The position numbers and the translations under genes are program-made. Of a stretch of DNA of 64,000 nucleotides, positions 1 to 14,080 are shown one piece after another. The stretch is taken from assembly GCA_951406725.2 (NCBI GenBank), contig OX597819.1, positions 36,828,001-36,892,000 on the forward strand, written 5' to 3'. The notes under the pieces were generated by a model that was given only the letters and a program-made list of their open reading frames with translations, searched no databases and was not told the origin of the DNA. Within the stretch, counting starts at the first letter, position 1. Each line of letters begins with the position of its first letter. The DNA comes from Octopus vulgaris. Its lineage: Eukaryota.

Positions 1-789
1 TGTCGTGTATGCCAGCAACAAAATGAAACCATTGACCATGTGGTCTCCAAGTGCAGTCTTCTTGCGTCTACAGAGTATCTCAACAGACACGATAGAGCTG
101 CACAATATATTCACTGGGTAATCTGCAAAAACCTGGATTTGCCCCATGTAAAAAACTGGTGGGAACACAAACCACCCCCAGTGCTTGAAAATGACCACAT
201 CACACTCCTCTGGAACTTCACCATTCAAACTTACAGAAAGATAGATGCAAATAGGCCAGACATCATATTGAAAGACTTCAAACAAAGAACATGCCTCCTC
301 ATTGATATGACTGTCCCAATCGATATAAACGTATCTGTCAAGACCTACCAAAAACTGAGCAAATATAAAGATCTTGAAATAGAAATCAGCAAAATGTGGA
401 AGCTGAAGACTAAAACAATACCTGTTGTCATAGGTGCCCTGGGAATGATAGCGAAAGGGACTGATTGCTACCTAACTCAGATACCAGGAAACCCCAAAAA
501 TGGCAGAAATTCAAAAGATAGTGCTCATGGGAACTGCTCATATCCTACGCAAAATACTCTCTATGTAATCCCAAGGTTTAAAACAAACTTTTTTTTATTT
601 TTTATTTTTAAAAAAAATTTTTTTTTATGTATTAGACATTCACTAGTACAACACAACCCCCCCCCCCCAAAAAAAATATATGGCACAGAACTTCCAACCT
701 GTTGTCTCTTGAGGTCTCTGGGTGAGACTTGGAGCCAACTTGTACAGACATAAAGCAAAAGTCAAACATAGAATAATAATAATAATAAT
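1..789 (+). mobile_element. R4/Dong-like non-LTR retrotransposon 3' end (RLE domain), copy 1; runs off window start
   Basis: Frame 1 reads CRVCQQQNETIDHVVSKC (CCHC knuckle), RHD, RPDIIL..D..K..KY..L (restriction-like endonuclease). Frameshift near 495, true stop ~566-568, 3' UTR, then (AAT)n tail at ~772-789. Confidence 0.88.
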
Positions 790-1688
790 TAAACCTCTGG
801 CTTAAAATCTGAAACAGGAGGGTTTATCATAGCAGCTCAAGACCAATGCCTACGTACATGGAACTACCAGGCCAACATATTAAAGAACGGCAGTAGCCCA
901 ACATATCGTGTATGTCAACAACAAAATGAAACCATTGATCCTGTTGTCTCCAAGTGCAGTCTTCTTGCGCCTACAGAGTATCTCAACGGGCATGATAGAG
1001 CTGCACAATATATTCACTGGGTAATTTGCAAAAGCCTGGATTTGCCCCATAATAAAAACTGGTGGGAACACAAACTACCTCCAGTGTTTGAAAATGACCA
1101 CATCACACTCCTCTGGAACTTCACCATTCAAACTGACAGAAAGATAAATGCAAATAGGTCAGACATCATATTGAAAGACTTCAGACAAAAACATGCCTCC
1201 TCATTGATATGACTGTCCCAATCGATATAAACGTATCTGTCAAGACCTACCAAAAACTGAGCAAATATAATGATCTTGAAATAGAAATCAGCAAAATGTG
1301 GAACCTGAAGACTAAAACAATACCTGTTGTCATAGGTACCCTGAGAATGATAGCAAAAGGGGCTGATTGCTACCTAACTCAGATACCAGGAAACCCCAAA
1401 ATGGCAGAAATTAAAAAGATAGTGCTCATGGGAACTGCTTATATCCTGCGCAAAATACTTTTTATGTAACCTCAAGTTTTAAAACAAACATAATTTTCGT
1501 ATGGTTTTTTAGACATTCACTAGTACAACACTAAGTACAAAACCACATATATGGCACCCTAGGCATAACACCAACATGAACTTCCAGCTTGTTGTCTCTT
1601 GAGGTCTCTGAGTGAGACTTGGAGCCAACTTGTACAAATGTAAAGCAAAAGTCAAACAGAATAATAATATTAATAATAATAATAATAA
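790..1688 (+). mobile_element. R4/Dong-like retrotransposon, 5'-truncated copy 2 inserted in the tail of copy 1
   Basis: LKSETGGFIIAAQDQCL.T.NY, then the same knuckle/RLE region with C->Y and H->P changes and a frameshift. Stop at 1467-1469, same 3' UTR block (GAGGTCTCTG.GTGAGACTTGGAGCC), (AAT)n tail. Confidence 0.88.
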
Positions 1689-1747
1689 TTATTATTATTA
1701 TTATTATTATTGTTGTTGTTGTTGTTGTTGTTGCTATTATTATTATT

Positions 1748-1802
<55 letters not shown>

Positions 1803-1911
1803 TAAGACTTCACCTAGTATCCAATATCGTGAAGCTGTTGATTGAAGATATTGTGTCTACCGGGAGTTTGTACTGTCTGTCAAGTCACAAGAAGGACCTC
1901 TCAGACAGAGA

Positions 1912-1912
<1 letters not shown>
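1689..1912 (-). mobile_element. 3' UTR and trinucleotide tail of a related RLE-type element, tail-to-tail with copy 2
   Basis: Minus strand reads TCTGTCTGAGAGGTCCTTCTTGTGACTTGA (similar to the R4-type 3' UTR motif), followed by a compound (CTA)/(TAA)/(CAA) tail. Confidence 0.4.
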
Positions 1913-1913
<1 letters not shown>

Positions 1914-2005
<92 letters not shown>

Positions 2006-2025
2006 CATCATCATCATCATCATCA

Positions 2026-2102
<77 letters not shown>
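1914..2102. repeat. (TTA)n/(TCA)n microsatellite, probably the tail of a minus-strand element ending at ~2103-2190
   Basis: About 190 bp of near-perfect trinucleotide repeat abutting unique sequence GAGAGAGCAGTACATGCCATCAAAGTG. Confidence 0.9.
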
Positions 2103-2239
2103 GAGAGAGCAGTACATGCCATCAAAGTGAAACTAGGGTACAAATACATGAAGCCCAATATACCCATCATGACTACCCGTCAAATGCTGTAAAGCCACTG
2201 CGTGGATAAAGCCGGATAAGCTGCATTCCTAATTATCAC

Positions 2240-3160
2240 CTAGTACCGTATCCTCTTTTCCCCAATTTGTGACTGGTACTTCAATGAATAGAAGTAAAAG
2301 CAGAAATATCCAGTAGATGCGAGCTGACACCTGTTTGTGGAAGGTTGAAGAGTATGTTCAGTATTATCTGTAAAGGATTAAGCCTGGTTAGAATTAACAA
2401 TTGACTTTTTAACGTAGCAGATGAAAAGTGTGTGCAACATATTAGAGGGTTCAGGAACATCAGAGTTGATGTAATATAGCTCAGAGAGATCTGTGAATGC
2501 TGACCCAAGAGGCAGAAATTAGATGGATTCTACATGGCGGAAATTTAGACAGAAAGTTCTGACAATGGTGAAATAATTTAGTGCTGTCTTGCCAAAGGTA
2601 CGCAATTAAGAATTGGATGCGAAGCTGACAGAACATGTGGAATTCTTCTCTACTAGAGTACTGTTTATAGAGCTACTATGGTTGAGAATTTGTGGGCAGG
2701 AAGATGTCTCACAATTGGTAGAAATCCTTTTGTCAAGGGATCAGTAGGACTCGGAGTTTTTGCAGGCTATGCGATGTTTAAAGAGTTTTTTGTAACATGC
2801 ATGGCAGTTTTATACGAGTTACAGTAGTCAATAAAAACTGCCCACTAAGTAGGAGTAATTCTCCATTAATGTTATAGGCGGTTTTCTTCATATGCAGTGT
2901 TTCAGTGAACTACATATGAACAGTTAGCATGATATGAGTTTGCGAGTTGCGGTCGTGTGAGGGATCTGGAGGGATATGCCCAAGAGTATGGCTTCAGATA
3001 TCAGCTTAACCGTGTAAGATGGATCAGGAACAAGAATTGTCCATCAGACTAGTAGTGCGCCTTAGAAAATTTGTATACCGCTTTTGGTTTAGGTTTTGTC
3101 TTTAGGAGCAGGAGGAGGAGAACATTACTTCAGTCTTCTTTGTAACTCCCCTGAATGCCA
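2240..3160 (-). pseudogene. Highly decayed LINE ORF2 remnant (EN-RT linker-like)
   Basis: Minus-strand translation fragments such as AYEENRL*H*WRITPT*WAVFIDYCNSYKTAM resemble the linker of CR1/L2/Jockey ORF2. Many stops. Confidence 0.3.
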
Positions 3161-5004
3161 GTGGCCTTTGATGTGATAAAGTGGCAAGTCACGTTCTTAC
3201 ATCTAAAGTAAATATATCTCTTACGTATCTAATATCAACCAGAAACAATTTTATTTGCAACCAGCTCATATTTATGGTGTTCTGCCTAAGCTTCACAGTC
3301 AATCAATAAATTGCTGTAGAGTTTTTTATCTTTAGTCAAAAATGAAGAACAACGTGCATGGCACAAGACTTGTAGGAGAGAATGAGGATGGTATGAAGGT
3401 AAGATATCCCCCAAACCGATGCCAGACTAAAATTATTGTATCCACAAAAATCTTAATGGTAGCAAACTGGGTGACGGACTACATTTATGACACAAGAAGG
3501 TCGTTACGAGATTTGGACTCAGAACATAATGATTCGTAATGATTTCAACGTTCTAATACTATGCTCTACGGCTTAAGCCAATACACTGTACTACTCTTGT
3601 AAACCATTTTTCGTTCCTGAAAGGATGACAAGCAAAACTAACGCGATTCGAACTTACAGCGGAAGGTGCTGAAATATCTACCGCAATTCATGTCACCCAA
3701 CGCTCTTACGATTCTATCAATTTGTCTAAATATTAATGTCATTGAAAAACAAAGGTGCGTCTTGCAATCCTATTTCTAACCTTTTCCAATTTGTGGTCTT
3801 GACTCTAAGCTAGACAAATCAATTTATACCTATGAAAGAAATTAAGTGTACAAGAAATTATATGAAAATTGCATTGAGATTTCTCAAAACTTTTAAGTAG
3901 TCTTCTGAAAACAATCAAAATAACCAGCGTGGAAAATATTGAGAACAGAATTAAGTTTCAGAATCTCTGTTTTAAAATTGAAATGTCTCAATAATTAATT
4001 TGGCTAATTATAAAATATTATCAAACAGGAAATTTTGGGTTATAATGACAAGGAGCGGTTAGAACAAAGTAACTTGAAATGTTTTCTTTTATTTGTATCA
4101 AACAAAAGATAACACGTTATTATTATTACATTAATAATCGAAAGAACAATAATTTAATAAATTAAGGAAGACAAACTTTAATAACAAGAATGAGCGATCG
4201 AAATAAGGAATCATATTTGTACAACTCTTCATATAGTTTTGTACATCAATTTAACTTTGCTTTGGCTTCTGGACGGAGAAAAGAAAAGAAACTATGGATG
4301 ACTTTATGAGCAACAATAAGCTATTAAAATTTATGAATTTAAATACGTTATTCGTGCTATAAGGAGACGAGAATTCTAACAGTTCGATCTTCGTCAGCGT
4401 AGCATGTGCTGGACGATTCTAAATATCAATAAAATGCGTAAGAAAACATATAACCATAGATGATAAAGTTGAAAGAATGATTTTAAAAAGTGTTCACCTT
4501 GGTACCGGGCTGTCTTAACAACATTAAAGATCCCCGAACGTAGAAATTCCCTGAGGAACCTGTATACTAAGGTACCGAGAGTATGTTCCTAGAGTAGATA
4601 TCAAAACAGGCGCTGCAAAACTCGAGCAGGCCTCTGGTAAATGTCTGATGTATTCATGTTGTGAGATGCACTGAGTAGGTAGTTGCAAAAGTGCTCATAA
4701 AAGAACAAAGAAGGGACATAAGGTATAATGTAAATGTGGTTATGCTTGCAGACAGAACGTGCATACAACTTTAAGTTTTGTAAATGCTCTATATTTATTT
4801 AAACATTGTTAACACACACACACACTCTCTCTCTCTCTCTCACACGCACACTCACACACACACACACACACACACTCACACACACACACACACTCACACA
4901 CACACACACACTCACACACACACACGCACACACACATATATATATATATATACGTTTATATATTTGTTGTGCAAGATTTTTGATGTGAAATCGTGTGTTG
5001 AAAC

Positions 5005-5280
5005 ATATATTGTTGTATTTAGGAATGGTCATTTTACCAGTTTAGCATGCGCAAATGAAGACACAATAGAAATATAAAATGGCTGACGGTTAGTAAGGGG
5101 AGACACACAAATAAAAAAGAAGGAAGCAAAGAACCACTGATGCGGTCACAGGAGTGTGACGAAAGAACTCTGGCCGAAATAAGATTAAGATTAATGTAAA
5201 AAATAAATAACGCTGAAGCAAAGTATGTGCTTTTATTGGTTCAACTGGCAAAATGACCATTCCTAAGTACAACAATATAT
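5005..5280 (+). mobile_element. Fold-back element containing a hammerhead ribozyme (PLE pLTR/retrozyme-like)
   Basis: 38-bp inverted arms at 5005-5042 and 5243-5280 enclose an HHR. Flanked by (CA)/(TA) microsatellites. Confidence 0.7.
5134..5173 (+). ncRNA. Minimal type I hammerhead ribozyme
   Basis: cca-CTGATGC-g-gtcac(aggagt)gtgac-GAAA-g-aa-c-TC-tgg. Stem I cca/tgg, perfect 5-bp stem II, CUC cleavage triplet, A9->C variant. Confidence 0.7.
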
Positions 5281-5739
5281 ATACGTATATATACACATAC
5301 ACACATATATATTAATTTTTACCTTTTACTCGTTTCAGTCATTTAACTGCGGTCATGCTGGGCATATACATATAGTGTAAAGTATGTGTACTTATATAAA
5401 GGGTTATTTAATTTAGGTAAATAATGAGGAAATGAAACGTTTGAGCCAGATTAACTAGAAACCTTTGTTGCTAATGTAGCATTTTTGTAGTAGTGAGAGT
5501 TGATGCCTTACCTTTTACAAATAATTTGAACAGCGAGGTGGGTCAGAGATACAAGTTAGATTGTAGAAACGAATATGAAAAGATAACACAACCGTCACTC
5601 TCAAACCAGTAATGACTTAGTAACTAGTACCGTGCTTTTACTAATGGTTTGAGATGCTTATGTAGTTGCAAACGGATATAGACACTCTTAAAGCCTTCCC
5701 ACCAGTAGAACACGGATATGACAGTCGGAGGGAGACAGG

Positions 5740-6190
5740 TCAGCACCAACACTCAGCTGGTGTTCGCTTCGGTTGAGTAGACTGGAATAACATTAAATAA
5801 AATGGCTTGTCCATTGGTACAACACATTGCTCGGTCTAGGAATTGAACCAGTGCTACCTTAAGGCATCAGACAGCAAATTAGACAATTAATTGGGGGTCC
5901 ACATATCTAGGTATCTAGGGGCCCAGTTATGATCTATGCAAGTTGTGACCTGCTGTCAATAAATATATGGTACATATGCCAGAGCTTTAATTTGCCTGGG
6001 GGCCTCATAGGTCTAGGGATCCCAATTAAGGTCGATCTACGCTGTAACTTGCTGTCAAGAAATAAATACTATAGGGCCCAGTGCATTGATTTGCCCCGAG
6101 GCTAATAATGCGAAGACGGGTCTGAATCGAACCCACATTTTCCTGATCGTAAGTCCAACTCCCTCACCACTTAGCCACCTGCTTTCACTG
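5740..6190 (-). mobile_element. tRNA-derived SINE (family C) split by a hAT-like MITE
   Basis: Similar to 37100-37403 (CTGGA..AAC....AAATAAA...CTTG). tRNA-like head at 6125-6190. Confidence 0.6.
5849..6124. mobile_element. hAT-like MITE with internal ~100-bp duplication
   Basis: Ends CAG...CTG with degenerate TIRs. 8-bp TSD AATTGAAC (5841-5848) / AATCGAAC (6125-6132). Confidence 0.6.
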
Positions 6191-7194
6191 ACAAGAATAT
6201 AGCATTGTAATAAAAGCTAACTCTATTACTAGTTTGTTCAGTTTAATATTATTTCAATAATTTGTAAAAATTCATATCTTACTAATTGAAAGTTTCATTT
6301 AAAACTTCGTGTATTTGAGTCTAAATGGATTTATTGAAAAATTCCAGACTTTTCAGTAATAAATTATTTATTTAATATATTCCATAAACAAACACATGAA
6401 AATATAAAATATGCATTGTAATATACATATACATACATATATATATATATTATACACATACATACGCTCACATGTATATGTATATTAAATGCCACAGATT
6501 TTTAAACGATAATTTAAGATAAAATAAATACAAACGCTGTACGCATGCGTGTGCGAGAACGCACGTGTATATATGTGTGCATAGAAATTATGTGCTTATG
6601 AGTGCATGTATTAAAATATACGATTTTCCATTTATTCCGTTAAGTGATATGAATGGCAATGTATTGGCTTTTGCTATATTTACCAACAGATTAAGCGAGA
6701 TGAGAAGTTAATAATATTACATGTCGTTAGCTATATTCCCAATTAAATTCCATCTTTGATTCGACTTGGTATATTCGCTTTTCATTCCATTATCAAAGAA
6801 TTCAATATTATTATATTTTCAATCTTAGCACTAATACAAATCTACACCAGTAGACGCCTGGTATTTATTGCTGCGAATCCAGACGGATGAAACACACGGA
6901 TGAAAGTCGCTGCTGTTGTTGTTGTTGCTGTTTGTTTGTTTGTTTGTTTGTTGAGCGAAGCGGTCTTCGTCCCAGAGCTCGCAAGATCGCGCCTCTGTAG
7001 TGGGAGAAGTCCGAAACGTGGTTCTTTGCTATTCGTAAGACCCGCAGAAGAGAAAGCAGGCCAACCCCCGACACTGAGATCATCGACGAATGGATGAATG
7101 CGCATCCAGGCTCAGCGGTTGCGTAGGAAGTCGGGGGACAAGAAACAGGAGGAAAGAGTGAGAGAAAGTTGGAGCAAAAGAGTACAACAGGAGC

Positions 7195-7315
7195 CTCGTG
7201 GAGCTTTAGGTGTTTTTGTCCAATAAACACACACAACGTCCGGTCTGGGAATCGAAACCGCGATCCCCCGACCGCGAATCCGCTACCCTAACCACTGAGC
7301 CATAGCGCCTCCACT
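7195..7315 (-). mobile_element. tRNA-derived SINE head (family C-like)
   Basis: Minus strand: GGAGGCGCTATGGCTCAGTGGTTAGGGTAGCGGA...GGTTTCGATTCCCAGACCGG (A and B boxes). Confidence 0.75.
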
Positions 7316-7760
7316 TTTGTTGCTGTTGTGATCGTGGTGGATTTTGATGCTCTGGTTGCATCAGTAATAGTTACAGCAGTGGCAGCGGCGGCGGCAGTAG
7401 AAGGAGGAGGAGAGAGGAAAGCAGGAGGAGGGAGAAGGAGGAGGGGCGATGGCAGCAATGATGGCTATATTGCTGGTGGTGGTGGTGGTTGTGCTGGTGG
7501 TGCAAGACAATATTATGCCAACGAACTTGTATGTACTTCTGAACTTAATGTATGGAGGCATATAACGGAGCTTTATTAGAGAGAAATGAAAACCGTGATA
7601 ACCCATTTGGACTATTCTCATGAAAGTTAAACAAAATGTACGTTTTCAATATCTTAAAGAAAATCCAAGAAAAATCACTATATCCCTGTAAAGGTGTGTT
7701 CAAACGGCTCATTTTCGTTCAGGTGTCCATATTTAGACAGTACTGTTTCTAACTTAAAGC

Positions 7761-8192
7761 GGATCTTTTCGGTTTGAACGACAGTTTTTCTAGCGGTGTC
7801 GTATGAAATTGTCACCCATAATTATGACCCTAGTATCGATCTATTGCATTTCAATCTGTTTTAGGGTTAGGGTTAGTTAGGGTTAGGGTTAGGGGTAAGG
7901 TAAGGGTATCTGTTTTTCTTCACAAATGTAAATAAATCCAATCTGTTTCTTAAACGAGGGACATATTCATACGGCACAGAATGTTTTTTTAACCTCAAAT
8001 ACGTCAGTGATTGGTTGAAATTGCAGAAATTGAAGAAAAAAAACAACAAATATCTTACAAACTATAGAATTTTCTCAATAAAGCCAAGAGAAAAATATGT
8101 TTTATAAACACATTCTACCAGTATACGAAGTTTAAAATTCTTTAGTTACCTAGAAATTATGTTAAAAACTGCCGTTTAAACCGAAATGATCC
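7761..8192 (+). mobile_element. Merlin-like MITE copy 1 (TTAGGG-containing)
   Basis: TIR GGATCTTTTCGGTTTGAACG.CAGTTTTT. Degenerate 8-bp TSD CTTAAAGC/CTCAAAAC. Internal TTAGGG run ~7861-7895. Confidence 0.85.
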
Positions 8193-8649
8193 CTCAAAAC
8201 TTTTGTTACCTCCGTCATGGTCATCATGCACGTTACACCAGATAAATGACAATCGCGATCACAAACAATGTTTTCCACAAAACTTGTTCGAATATTATAT
8301 AACTTCAACTGCAATGTAAATACATTGTATGAGGGATTTTTTTATGCTGCTCTGGAGAGATTCTGAAGAATTAGCAGTTAATATTTTCAGGTAAGAAACG
8401 TTTCGTGTGATGCTACACACCTTTGCGGCCTCTTCAAAAAAAGAAATCAGCTAAAACACCTTTTCGTTTCATCATCTTTGCTTGGGCAGTCAAGGTTTAT
8501 TGTAAAAACTGAAATATCCATGGCTTATGGCTTAGACACTTCATAATTTCCATCTTTGAGTGTCACGAACGTCCATCCCTTCATTTTGATATATATATAA
8601 TCATTACAGATATAGGGTGAAAGATAATTAATTTAATAAAATCAACAAA

Positions 8650-8698
8650 TTTCACCTAGTAGTATTTCGGTATGGAAAAGGACCATATTCGGTAAAAA
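8650..8698 (-). ncRNA. Degenerate hammerhead ribozyme candidate
   Basis: Minus strand: tttacc-(..)GAATA-t-ggt...acc-GAAA-tactac-TA-ggtgaa. Stems I and II are intact but the first core box is damaged. Confidence 0.35.
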
Positions 8699-8764
8699 CT
8701 TATATAATTATAATAATAAGTGTTTTGCAACAAGTTGCTGTTGTGGTCAAGCAACTCTTATTAT

Positions 8765-9580
<816 letters not shown>

Positions 9581-9686
9581 TATTATTGAATTATACCAAT
9601 ATTTATATGGTATCCAACTGATGTACCAGTGAATTGGATGCTTAATACACGCCTTTGAAGAATTTCTTTTCCTCAGTTTGTTACTT

Positions 9687-9731
<45 letters not shown>

Positions 9732-9743
9732 TTTACAAATTTC

Positions 9744-10130
<387 letters not shown>

Positions 10131-10134
10131 ATTT

Positions 10135-10420
10135 TTTTAAGCATGGTACTTTTTCTATCGCTCACTTTTGCCGAACCGCTAAACGCACCATCACCGGTGA
10201 TCAAGCGGTGGTGGAGGACAGAGACCTGCGTACACGCTGTTTCTGTCTGTCTGTCTCTCTCTCTCTCTCACACACATACACTCGACAGACTTCTTTCAAT
10301 TTCCATCTACAAAATCCACTCACAATGTTTTAATCGATCCGTCAAAGGTGCAATGCAGGGGAATTGAAATCGGAACCACGTGGTTGGGAAGCAAACTTTT
10401 TTCCACATAATCACTCCTGC
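10135..10420 (-). mobile_element. SINE family A, diverged
   Basis: TTTTGCCGAACCGCTAA...CAAAATCCACTCACAA...GGAACCACGTGGTTGGGAAGCAAACT. Confidence 0.75.
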
Positions 10421-10589
10421 ACAGATTATTGTTGAACACACCCGCCGAAGATGCAATGCAGCGGGACTGAAATTGGAATAAAAATTAAGGCAACCAACTA
10501 TTTTCAATTTTGCCAAATAATGTTATATTTCGGGTTTGAGCGTTGCAATGCAATGGTAAAGGAAACACAATTATGGCACTACCACATTT

Positions 10590-11280
10590 ATTCGATATGA
10601 CCACCTACGTTTTTAATCACAGACTGAAGTATAGGTGCGAATACTTCTCATGTGGCACGCAGTTTTTCTTGCGGAATCCAAGCCCATTCCTAAAGGTAGT
10701 TTTACCTTCAGAGCGTCGAGCGAAGCGTGAGGAATGATCAAGACACGCGTCTCCAAAATGGACCTTTTTCCGTCACCAGTAACGATTCGGTAAAGAAATC
10801 GTTGCCTGTGTCTATGAGTTGAGCGGTGACGACCAAGCAAACCAGCGGAGATTGCGGCTCGTTGATTTTTTGTTGCTTTTACTTAAAGTATGCGGAACTC
10901 ATGCTTCATACTTCCGAACCTTTCCCATCGAGTGAAGATGGTTCTCTCTAGCAGTGTGGGAGCATTCCATTTTCTCTGCCAGTTCCTTTGTCTTTCGATG
11001 AGAATTTTTTATTGCAAAAGTTGGTTTAATCGCTCTTCATCAAACTCAACTGGACGGCCAGAACGAGGTGCGTCTTTGAAGTCAAAATTTCCATTTTTTA
11101 ACTTGGCAGGCATACCAATCACGAGCGGTTCTTTCAGCCAGCTATGGCACCCTCTCCATACACAGCACAAATGTCGCAAGCAGCTTTTGCAGCCTTAGAA
11201 CCTTCATTAAAAGCAAAAAGAAGGAGGTGTCGAAATGCTCATTTTTCTTAACTTCACATTCCATTTTAATGATCTGAAAA
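10590..11280 (-). mobile_element. mariner transposase fossil (N-terminal HTH to first catalytic D)
   Basis: Minus strand: KNGNFDFKDAPRSGRPVEFDEERL and FLYRIVTGD. Frameshifted. Confidence 0.85.
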
Positions 11281-11415
11281 TATACAAATGAACTAAAAAT
11301 GAACTAAAATTAACTAGATAAAAAAATAGATTCCAAAATGATTCAAAAATAGAATTCTTGAAAAGAATATATTCCAAAATTTAAAAACGCAATAAATTCC
11401 AAAATTTAAAAAAGA

Positions 11416-11899
11416 TTACATGGAAAAATGCGAGCATGAAAAGTAATATTCTTAAGATTATAAACCTGGAAAAGTACAGGACAAGTTATTACACCTGTAA
11501 AAGTATAGGACAAACTATTACTTCAAGTAAAGTAAAGAATAAGAAACATTTTACTTAAAATATTGCAGCTAAAATGAAAATTTGAATATCAAAAAATATA
11601 CTTATACTTATTTAAGTAGAATTTGGCTAATTTACTACCTTAAATACAGAAAAATGTGACTAATTAGATAAACTTACAAATTAACTGAAGAGCTTTGTAC
11701 TATAAATTTAAAAGATAAGAACTGTAAAGAGTGATAAATTAGAACTGGCATTCTTTGCTGCAATATTTTGAAGTAAAAAGTTTCTTATTCTTTACTTTAC
11801 GTGAAGTAATAGTTTGTCCTATACTTTTACATGTGTAATAACTTTTCCAGGTATATAATCGTAAGAATATTACTTTTCATGTTCGCATTTTTCCATGTA

Positions 11900-11900
<1 letters not shown>
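11416..11900. mobile_element. Fold-back element (~150-bp inverted arms) with a degenerate HHR in the loop
   Basis: 11416-11569 is inverted to 11757-11900. The loop holds CTGAAGA(11685)-gctttgtac...gtaaagagt-GATAA. Ends at a (TATG)n array. Confidence 0.65.
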
Positions 11901-11932
<32 letters not shown>

Positions 11933-13289
11933 TGTATGTATGTATGTATGTATGTATGTATGTATGTATGTATGAATGTATGTATGTATATGTATACATA
12001 TATGTATGTGTATTTATATACACATATATGCATATGTTTGTCTTTGTATGCACGTGATTTTGCCTATGCGTGCGCATTTGTAACATATAAGCTAAATATC
12101 TGGAATAGTTTACTCTTGTTAATAGATTAATAGTTCCATTAATGATATGTAATTGTTATTTTTGGAATTAGTCATGGACTTAGTCACGTAATCAGTCATG
12201 TACTTACAGCTTCTCAACATTGTATGTATGTATGTATGTATGTATGTAAGTATGTATGTATGTATGTATGTATGTATGTATGTATGTATGTATGTATGTA
12301 TGTATTTATGTATGCATGTATGTATGTATGCATGTATGTATGTATGCATGAATGAATGTGACTATATGTATGTATATGTGGCTATATATATACACATACA
12401 TACATGAATATATACATGTTTATATGGCTATATTCATCTATATATTTCTGTATCCAATATATATTGAATATTAGCATTTATCCTGACATTATTAATCATA
12501 TTTTAATTCATTATCAAACTGAACAGAAAGACAAATTGTAAGTTTTTAAAGCGAAGACAATGTTTGCTAATGAAAACATTTGAGGAACATAAATTACTTG
12601 AAATAATAAGTGCACAGATAAGAGAAAATAACTGTAATATTTATCCTGACATAAGATTCTACTTTCAAATTGCAACTCTTTACTATGTTCCTTTTAACTT
12701 CTCTTATATTCCCCAGGTGTTGTAAATAATATATATCGATTTATGTGACTAAATACAAGTCGGAGTTACTTCATTCTTTTGTATACAACATCATCAGTAT
12801 CATTCGAATCTAAAAAAACCCATCGGAATAAACATTGAATTAACATATGGAATGTGAGCGTTTCCCATTTCAACATATTTGGCAAAGTTATTAACGATCA
12901 TCAATTTACTATTAAATATTTAAATATAAATGTAAATTTATTCGTTAATATTTAATTTATGATTCGTTAAAACAATAAAATTGTAAACGTTGATTTAATC
13001 AAACATCTTCCTAGATTTTAGGGTTAATTCGTTATTGAGTATTTAAGGATTTTTCTCTGTCAAGCTGCTGGTTCAAATTTACCTGAATTGACTAAAATAT
13101 GATATTATATTTCATTTAAACAAATATATTATGCATATCATTTAAGGAATTTTCTAAGTCTTTAACGCGGAATAATGCTTCCATTATTTAAAAATGTCAA
13201 TTATTTAAAATCTACAACATAGTTGCGTTTGTTAGTGCTACAGCTTTAATAGCAACACTTCACAAATTCCTGACCAAGGCTAAACCAAT

Positions 13290-14080
13290 CTAACATGCTG
13301 ATGTTTGACAACACACTACTGTGTGTCCTATTCTCAAAAGGGGCAACTGTCTAACCTTGCCAACTGTCCTTTCTATTCTAACATTGTCAAATGCAAGCTG
13401 ACGTCCATTAGGTACAAATTTGTACACCATCTACAATAGCTCTTTCTATTTAATGATCGCCAGTACAGTAAAGCAATATCTACGGGTGTCATATTCTATC
13501 TCATGTCACTAGATGATGTGTCATTGGCCTCGTCACAATTCTTGTACCTGGCATTTGCAATGCACTCAATTGCGATTGACATGTTAATTTCTAACTACAC
13601 AGCCCACCATATGGTTTCTGTCCGATGACTGGTGTTCACTTATGGAGCCCTCATTGACCAACATCCAATGAACATTGATATGCCTCGATTTCTATTTATC
13701 GTCATTCCTCCCCAACAACTACCTACAATGTATATGACGCTAACCCCTCACTCCTTTATAATATCTCCCAGCCAAGCGTTACCCACATGCAACCAAGACA
13801 CCTCACACGAAATCTGCACGCATTTCATGAAAACAATCACAAGATGTGTTCTTACTTTTTCGTGGTTCTTTCACCACGGTTACGATGGCCACCGATTTCA
13901 AGAATTAGCATAGGTCGTGTTATTCCACAAGAGTTCATCCTATTTATTCGTCTCTTCTCTTTCTAATACTGCCACCCACATTGTGTCTACTACTCTCAGT
14001 CAAACCCCATCCTAACCACTAAACCTATTTGTCTTTCTCAGACATATCCACTCTGCTAATGTTCTGGGGGGTATTAAGAT
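13290..14080 (+). pseudogene. Decayed LINE RT remnant
   Basis: Residual VCPILKRG..SN.AN-like (V.PI.K.G....NYRP) and DRQY motifs. Heavily disrupted. Confidence 0.35.

Noticed and set aside
1612-2192. Poly-Y/I/N/V ORFs, and all similar YI/HT/CV/MYVC ORFs in the track
   Set aside because: Stop-free frames of microsatellites with no coding evidence.
6990-7025. CTGTAGT-gga/tcc-GAAACGTG hammerhead-like motif
   Set aside because: Two core mismatches, G at the cleavage position and no stem I.
7861-7900. True telomere or chromosome-fusion relic
   Set aside because: The TTAGGG runs are short and are internal parts of a repeated MITE.
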